64,000 nt of DNA. It comes from an uncultured Verrucomicrobia subdivision 3 bacterium. GTDB lineage: Bacteria; Verrucomicrobiota; Verrucomicrobiia; Limisphaerales; UBA11358. The notes under the pieces are model-generated. The model ran no database searches. It saw only the letters and a program-made list of their open reading frames with translations, and had not been told where the DNA came from. The translations under genes and the position numbers were made by a program. Below, one piece after another: positions 62,501 to 64,000 of this stretch (position 1 is the first letter of the stretch; the number at the start of each line of letters is the position of its first letter). The stretch is taken from positions 30,080 through 94,079 of the forward strand of contig CAITTG010000049.1 of the NCBI GenBank assembly GCA_903895255.1, read 5' to 3'.

Positions 62501-64000
62501 GCAGTCGGATGGGAACATTATTATTGGTGGTTCGTTTTACCAGGTTGGCGGCGGCACGGCCCGTAATTCCATTCTGCCACGCAGCAATGTGGCGCGGTTG
62601 ATCGGCGGCGCCACCCCGGGGCCGGGTAATATCGGCTTGGCGCAGAACAATTATTCCGTGGATGCCTCGAGTGGTACTTCGACCAATGCGACGCTCACGG
62701 TGACCATCAACCGTAGCAACGGCACGCTCGGGCCGGCCGCGGCCACAGTGGAGCCGGTTTCACTGGGATCGGGCCCGGGCAATGCCATCTACGGGACTGA
62801 TTATTTGTTTAATTCCACCGTGGTCAGCTATGGCACCACTTGGTCCTCGACCTGGATGTTGAGTGACGGCGTGGCCGGGGCCAATTACAATACTTCGTTG
62901 ACTGCCTACAACAACAGCCGTCCGAACGCGGCGCTGGATTTGCAAATGACGTCGCCGGTGGGCTCCGACATCTTCTTTCTGGGTGGCAACAATAAACAAA
63001 CCGGCCTCGGTTTATTCAGCGCAAAATACCTGGCCCAGGATGGCGAAAATATTCCACTGGGAGTGGCGCTGGGCCATTCACTTTCGCCGGTGAATATCAT
63101 TCACAACGTGCCGAAACCGGGGGTGCTTAGCTTTACCACCGCGAGTTTCACGACGAATGAAAGCTCGACGCAACCGGCAATCATCAGTGTCACGCGGGCC
63201 AACGGCAGTGACGGGCAGGTGACCGTGAATTACACGACGATTGACGGGACAGCCAAGGCCGGGATTGATTACACAGCCACGGCAGGGAAATTGACTTTCA
63301 AGGCGGGAGTGACCAATCAAGTGTTCACCATCCCATTGAAAAACAACGGGATTGCCCAGCCGGACCGTTATTTGAGCCTGTTCATATATAATACCTCCGG
63401 CGGGGCCACACTGGGAGCGGTAACGAACGCGCAACTGTTGATCATCAACAACAATTATGCGAACGGCCACGTCAGTTTCACCGGCGGGGTGGGGGTTACG
63501 AACACCAGTCCGGCGTTGATGGCTTATGGCACCAATGAAAATTCCGGAGCCATTTTAGTGACGGTGGTCCGCCAGGGTGGCAGTTCCGGGGTGCTGAACG
63601 CGACCGTGGCCTCGAGCGGGGGCACCGCGACGAACGGGGTAAATTATGTTGGCTTCACCAATGTGCTGACGTGGCAAAATCAGCAATCCCAACCGCAAAC
63701 AATTGTCGTCCCGGTGAAAGATGACGGGATTTACACCAGCAATCTGACGGTCAATGCGCGTCTGTACAATACAACCGTGAATGGCACGCCGAGCAGTCTG
63801 GCCCTGGGCGGGGTTTACACGAACGCGGTGCTGATCATCAGTAACGTGGACTTCCCGGGCACACTGGCATTCAGTTCGCCGACCTATTCTTTTAATGAAA
63901 ACGGCGGCTCAGCAATCATCCCGGTCATTCGTTCCGGTGGCTCGGCTGGCACGATCTCGGCTAGCTTCACCACTGTTGATGGCACGGCGGTGGCGGGAAC
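59544..64000 (+). CDS. giant adhesin-like protein, 3'-truncated by the window: PPC-like N-domain, ~7 delta-60 propeller repeats, multiple Calx-beta domains
   Basis: Absent from the ORF track because there is no stop in the window; I translated the frame by hand from ATG 59544 (alternative ATG 59475) to 64000 and saw no stop.
- Signal peptide: LFLAIGLAGLVAGVATAQ.
- PPC-like N-domain: PTNDNFANATVI...IWYSWTAP...FDTVLAVYTG...ANDD.
- Delta-60 repeats: GIARLNADGSLDT(T/S)F.
- Calx-beta domains: VNYTTIDGTAKAGIDYTATAGKLTF. Confidence 0.85.
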   Translation, partial: MQKFAGGGWQHLAGKSVWLKLFLAIGLAGLVAGVATAQPTNDNFANATVISGLTGSTDANNSNATVEAGESVSIITDDNSFGVSVGGSIWYSWTAPATGNVTFNTFPSTNSGPVFDTVLAVYTGNTLANLSLVGANDDAPGVTNGTSLLTFYANAGTTYFIEVAGFNSPPVAEGDTSLNWSMTVPGFSAGTFRFTSTSYTVGNFESFPVYGPKPPMSGTPGARVSVTRVGGSAGKVEVHYTVTNTMEGVTLYSNVSVESQSVITTDTNGNIISQNTITATNYSIGTQTVGISGGSFTNIPCNTTGFSIVQTNSNGNLSYGMLIYPVQYLVGTNLATYVTNSDGSVTSTILTSNPQTIKLTNLVASAIAENPKNVNQPWDYLPASGILTFNDYEMTKDIYVTLSTNNYFVETPVSVQVTLDSAVLDTNELQTIPPPTIDTSRNAATVNVESLWQAPYLYSGLCPGFQSYDVTNLINFIRSTVRVNRDGGTASIAINRGGVDYSQAITIYYSIDYNTANANYNTFTLQSGSDYAIPDNALKTAAEGVVDFTNTGIGSVSWAANDPFIKYINVPIVNNNTVEFNKDFLVQFYADNGHQWSQGTIPGNISTCTVTILYEKQPAGAVDETYNLNNVNSTIPPFNQNPGANGPVNAVLVQPDGNTLIGGSFSSYNSTNSYNIARALANGQADAGFIKNTGLGADQFIDALAVDSSTNIYIGGAFTSFNGVQRNGIARLNFDGTLDNAQFLPGFGADGTVTAIAIQPNGQILVAGDFSTFNNTNRNCLVRLNPDGSVDSTFDPGVGPYDQNDPGSTAINCLALQPNGQIVIGGDFTTYGGVARNYIARINADGSLDTSFDPGNGANDVVNGVAVNTNGLVLVVGAFTQLGALGTSAGIARLNADGSLDTTFNVGSGANDVVSAIALQPDGGILVGGTFTSINQTRRVGIARLYGDGSLDTTFMDTAYNQFAGLINPYYNPAINAPNSVYAISEQSDGNIIIGGSFYQVGGGTARNSILPRSNVARLIGGATPGPGNIGLAQNNYSVDASSGTSTNATLTVTINRSNGTLGPAAATVEPVSLGSGPGNAIYGTDYLFNSTVVSYGTTWSSTWMLSDGVAGANYNTSLTAYNNSRPNAALDLQMTSPVGSDIFFLGGNNKQTGLGLFSAKYLAQDGENIPLGVALGHSLSPVNIIHNVPKPGVLSFTTASFTTNESSTQPAIISVTRANGSDGQVTVNYTTIDGTAKAGIDYTATAGKLTFKAGVTNQVFTIPLKNNGIAQPDRYLSLFIYNTSGGATLGAVTNAQLLIINNNYANGHVSFTGGVGVTNTSPALMAYGTNENSGAILVTVVRQGGSSGVLNATVASSGGTATNGVNYVGFTNVLTWQNQQSQPQTIVVPVKDDGIYTSNLTVNARLYNTTVNGTPSSLALGGVYTNAVLIISNVDFPGTLAFSSPTYSFNENGGSAIIPVIRSGGSAGTISASFTTVDGTAVAG

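Overview
This is a high-GC bacterial chromosome segment. Its gene content (giant autotransporter-associated beta-strand-repeat proteins, an exosortase, DUF1080, an Amuc_1100-type pilus cluster) suggests Verrucomicrobiota; that is inference from content, not a database hit.

Gene order:
- the 3' end of an unknown gene
- a tandem duplication carrying two copies of a 201-bp MITE-like element (a third copy lies at 25.3 kb)
- a small His-rich membrane protein plus a czcCBA-type heavy-metal RND efflux operon
- a secreted GH43-LamG glycosidase bracketed by REP-like palindromic repeats
- a minus-strand housekeeping block: metallophosphoesterase, recO, DUF502, ybeY, phoH-like, purB
- hicB with a truncated hicA
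- an AT-richer two-gene ParA-like islet
- a Ski2-like helicase
- three consecutive giant PATR proteins, the third fused to a pectate lyase
- cca and DUF1080
- an exosortase-EpsI fusion plus a TPR protein
- a GT9 heptosyltransferase, a metallophosphoesterase and an acylphosphatase
- an AT-rich islet with two small membrane proteins
- a pilM/N, Amuc_1100-like, Amuc_1099-position, secretin cluster
- a stand-alone 5'-3' exonuclease with a poly-G frameshift
- four tightly packed genes for large secreted proteins; the last (PPC-like, delta-60 and Calx-beta domains) runs off the window and is missing from the ORF track

I recognised no rRNA, tRNA, CRISPR array, transposase or integrase.

The most interesting observations are:
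- The secretin is split at about 50.08 kb by an AT-rich 5x30-bp tandem repeat, and this coincides with a codon-style boundary.
- A roughly 45-aa C-terminal module is shared by six otherwise unrelated secreted proteins.
- Two families of short interspersed repeats are present.
- A GH43 cassette is flanked by direct repeats.
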